From NCBI GenBank assembly GCA_010093815.1, contig ML996566.1: 64,000 nt of DNA; one strand, given 5' to 3'. This document shows, piece after piece, positions 61,665 through 64,000 of the stretch; the first letter of the stretch is position 1, and every line of letters starts with the position of its first letter. The position numbers were made by a program, and so were the translations under genes. This DNA comes from Pseudovirgaria hyperparasitica (Eukaryota). The notes beneath the pieces were generated by a model. That model saw nothing but the letters and a program-made list of their open reading frames with translations. It did no database searches and had not been told where the DNA came from.

Positions 61665-64000
61665 CTATGCCCTCAGCCCTTCTAGTAAAGCTCCTTCGCC
61701 CTTGCTCTCCACTGTCTTGAACACCTCGCCCTCAACATCCAGGCCTTTCTCAGCTCGGTCATACGCGTCCTCGCTTCTATCAAGTAGGATTTCCAGCTCC
61801 CTCCCTCCAAGGATGCCCTGATCCTTGCCTTCTTTATCCATGTCCCACCTTTGACCGTCTTCTCTCCTCAACAGGCGCTGCAGCTCCTCAAATTCCTCTT
61901 TCTGTTCTCGTTCCACCCTGGACTTGCTATTGCCGCCCGTCAATCCACCTTTGCGAATGACAAGCTTTTCCAGCCGTCTCTTAGAATTCGCTGATTCGAG
62001 GAGTTGTGATTCTATTGTGTTCCTCGTTGCAAACCTGTACACAATCACGTTGCGCGTCTGTCCGATGCGATGTGCTCGGTCTTGGGCCTGGAGATCTTGC
62101 TGCGGATTCCAATCGCTGTCGAAAAGTATTACTGTGTCTGCTGCAGCAAGGTTTATACCTTGTCCACCAGCCCTAGTGCTTAGTAGGAACAGATTGCGAA
62201 TATCGTCAGCTTCTGTATCCTTAGTCGCAGGAGTGTTGAAAGCCTTGATTTGTGCATGCCGTTCCGACTGTGGTATACTACCGTCTATCCGACAGACAGG
62301 CCAACCTCGGAGGGCAGTGGCATACATTTCCAAGAGGTCGAGTTGGGTCTTGAACTGACTAAAGATCAAAACCTTGTGTCCCCGGTCAAATAGTGCTGTT
62401 AGAAGGCTGTCAAGTAGGTGCATTTTGCCCGAAGATGTGACTAAGCTTTCGTCCGGGACTATGTCTCCATCATCCGAAGCTCTCGCCAGAAATGGATTAA
62501 AGAAATTATAAGGGCTGTTGCAGCAAAGCCGTAATTGCATCACCGGGTTCTGCAGCTTTTTTAATGCTATCTGTCGCTTTGCCAACTGAAGATTCTCTGC
62601 CTGTATCCGTTCGTCTTCGTCCTGGGACTCCTCGGGATCAGACGCCGGGGTATCGTTGGCTTCGTCTTCGAGAGATGCGAAGTAGGCCCGGTCACTGACT
62701 TCTTCATAGCTCTTGCGTGCGGCTTTTCGACGACTGCGTGCACTCATGGTGGAGGCTGGCGTAGCTTCACGGCTTGACTTGACGCTCTTGCTTGGCGTAT
62801 TAGCTCTACTGTCCCAAAGAGCTTTACGTTTTCGACTTGCGGTGCTCGTAGCACTCTGCGGAGTTGCAGTGCCACTGATGGACTCAAGAGCCTTTTCTTC
62901 GAGATATGAGCGTGTAGTACCATCAAGAATGGCCTGGTATAGTTCTCTCTGCATGGGCGAGAGAGGTGCAAACAAGACGTACTCCCGTTTCCTAGGCATC
63001 ATGTTTTCGACATCAGTCTTTACGCGCCGTAGCAAGAACGGCTTCAAGATCGCATGTAGTGAGGAGACTAATTGCTGCTGGCGCTTCTCCGATAGAATTT
63101 CCTGGTAGCCATTACGTTCCTTGAGTGCAGAGAAATCAAACCAGCTCTCGAATGCCTCCAGTTTGTCGAAAATGTTGGGCATCAGGAAATGAAGGAGAGA
63201 CCATAGCTCGGTCAAGTTATTCTGCAGGGGCGTTCCAGTAATCAGTAGTCTGTTGGCAGACTGGTAAGATTGGAGTTCTCTAATCAGTCGACAATTAAGA
63301 TTCTTAATACGGTGTCCCTCGTCCTGATAAAGTTAGTTGACGCGCCTGTAACATAGATGGTTGACATACTATGATGATGAATTTCCAACCAAAGTTCGCC
63401 AGGTGTTTGCGATCATTCATGCAAATTTCATAGCTAGTCACCACTACTGGAAATTTATCCCCTCCTGGACTACTTAGTCGGGTCTTCCTTAGCTCTTCCC
63501 GCTCCTGTTTTGATCCATGATATAGCAACACAGGAATGTCTGGAGTGAACTTATTGAACTCATCGACCCAGTTGCTTGTAGTGCTCAGCGGTGCCGCAAT
63601 TAAGAATGGCCCATAAGAATGTTTCTCTCTCAAAAAAGCTAGAAATGAGATGGTTTGTATTGTCTTCCCGAGGCCCATCTCATCAGCAAGAATGCCATTC
63701 AACCCGTTCTCGTAAAGGGATATAAGCCATTCTAGGCCTTCCAATTGGTAAGACCTCATGGTACCACCGGATACCAAAGCGGGCTGTCTGGCAGACCTGA
63801 GGTTCTGTATGCCTATATCGCTCGTCTTTACATCTGATTCAGCGGCCTGCTGAAGGGCTTCCTTAATATCTTTTTTGCCAGCTTTTGCCTCGACGTCTTC
63901 TCTTTTTAGATAGTCAGATATCTTTCCATAAGGCTTACCCTTTTTCCCAGATCGCCCGCGTTCCTTTGTCTTATTCAGTTTCGACTGCGCATTATTGTCA
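61665..64000 (-). CDS. IRC5: SNF2-family helicase Irc5/LSH(HELLS)/DDM1; 5' end lies outside the window
   Basis: GTMRSYQLEGLEWL..YENGLNGILADEMGLGKT, DEGHRIKN across an intron (~63324-63369), TGTPLQNNL, ESWFDFS, LLSTRAGGQGINL and DSDWNPQQDLQAQDRAHRIGQ. Confidence 0.9.

Noticed and set aside
1..64000. tRNA, 5S rRNA, snRNA, telomerase RNA template, CRISPR arrays and intact transposase/RT genes
   Set aside because: I saw no diagnostic motifs by eye. tRNAscan-SE, Rfam and RepeatMasker runs would be needed to exclude them formally.

Overview
Eukaryotic DNA from a filamentous ascomycete (Pezizomycotina; short GT-AG introns with CTRAC-type branch points). I count about 21 protein-coding genes, reconstructed by hand across introns. 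In order: MARVEL-type membrane protein, a head-to-head pair of zinc alcohol dehydrogenases (BDH1-like and ADH6-like), an uncharacterised membrane glycoprotein, the giant HECT ligase TOM1, BLOC-1 subunit 1, a CBM1-GH5 beta-mannanase, UTP7, a cytochrome P450, a secreted GMC oxidoreductase, a DUF726 protein, SEC17 (alpha-SNAP), a GatF-like protein, two orphans, an SDR, a 54-aa microprotein, MIA40, an OM14-like protein, ERG5 and a partial IRC5/LSH helicase. Three structures are invisible in the ORF track. (1) A 54-aa Cys7/His zinc-finger microprotein gene lies alone in an ~8.7-kb gene-poor interval, with a TATA box, a uORF and candidate introns in both UTRs. (2) A complete but divergent SEC17 is split into 16 exons by 15 introns. 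(3) The OM14-like gene needs a 2-nt micro-exon. I recognised no rRNA, tRNA, CRISPR array or intact transposon. All family assignments come from motif recognition, not database searches.
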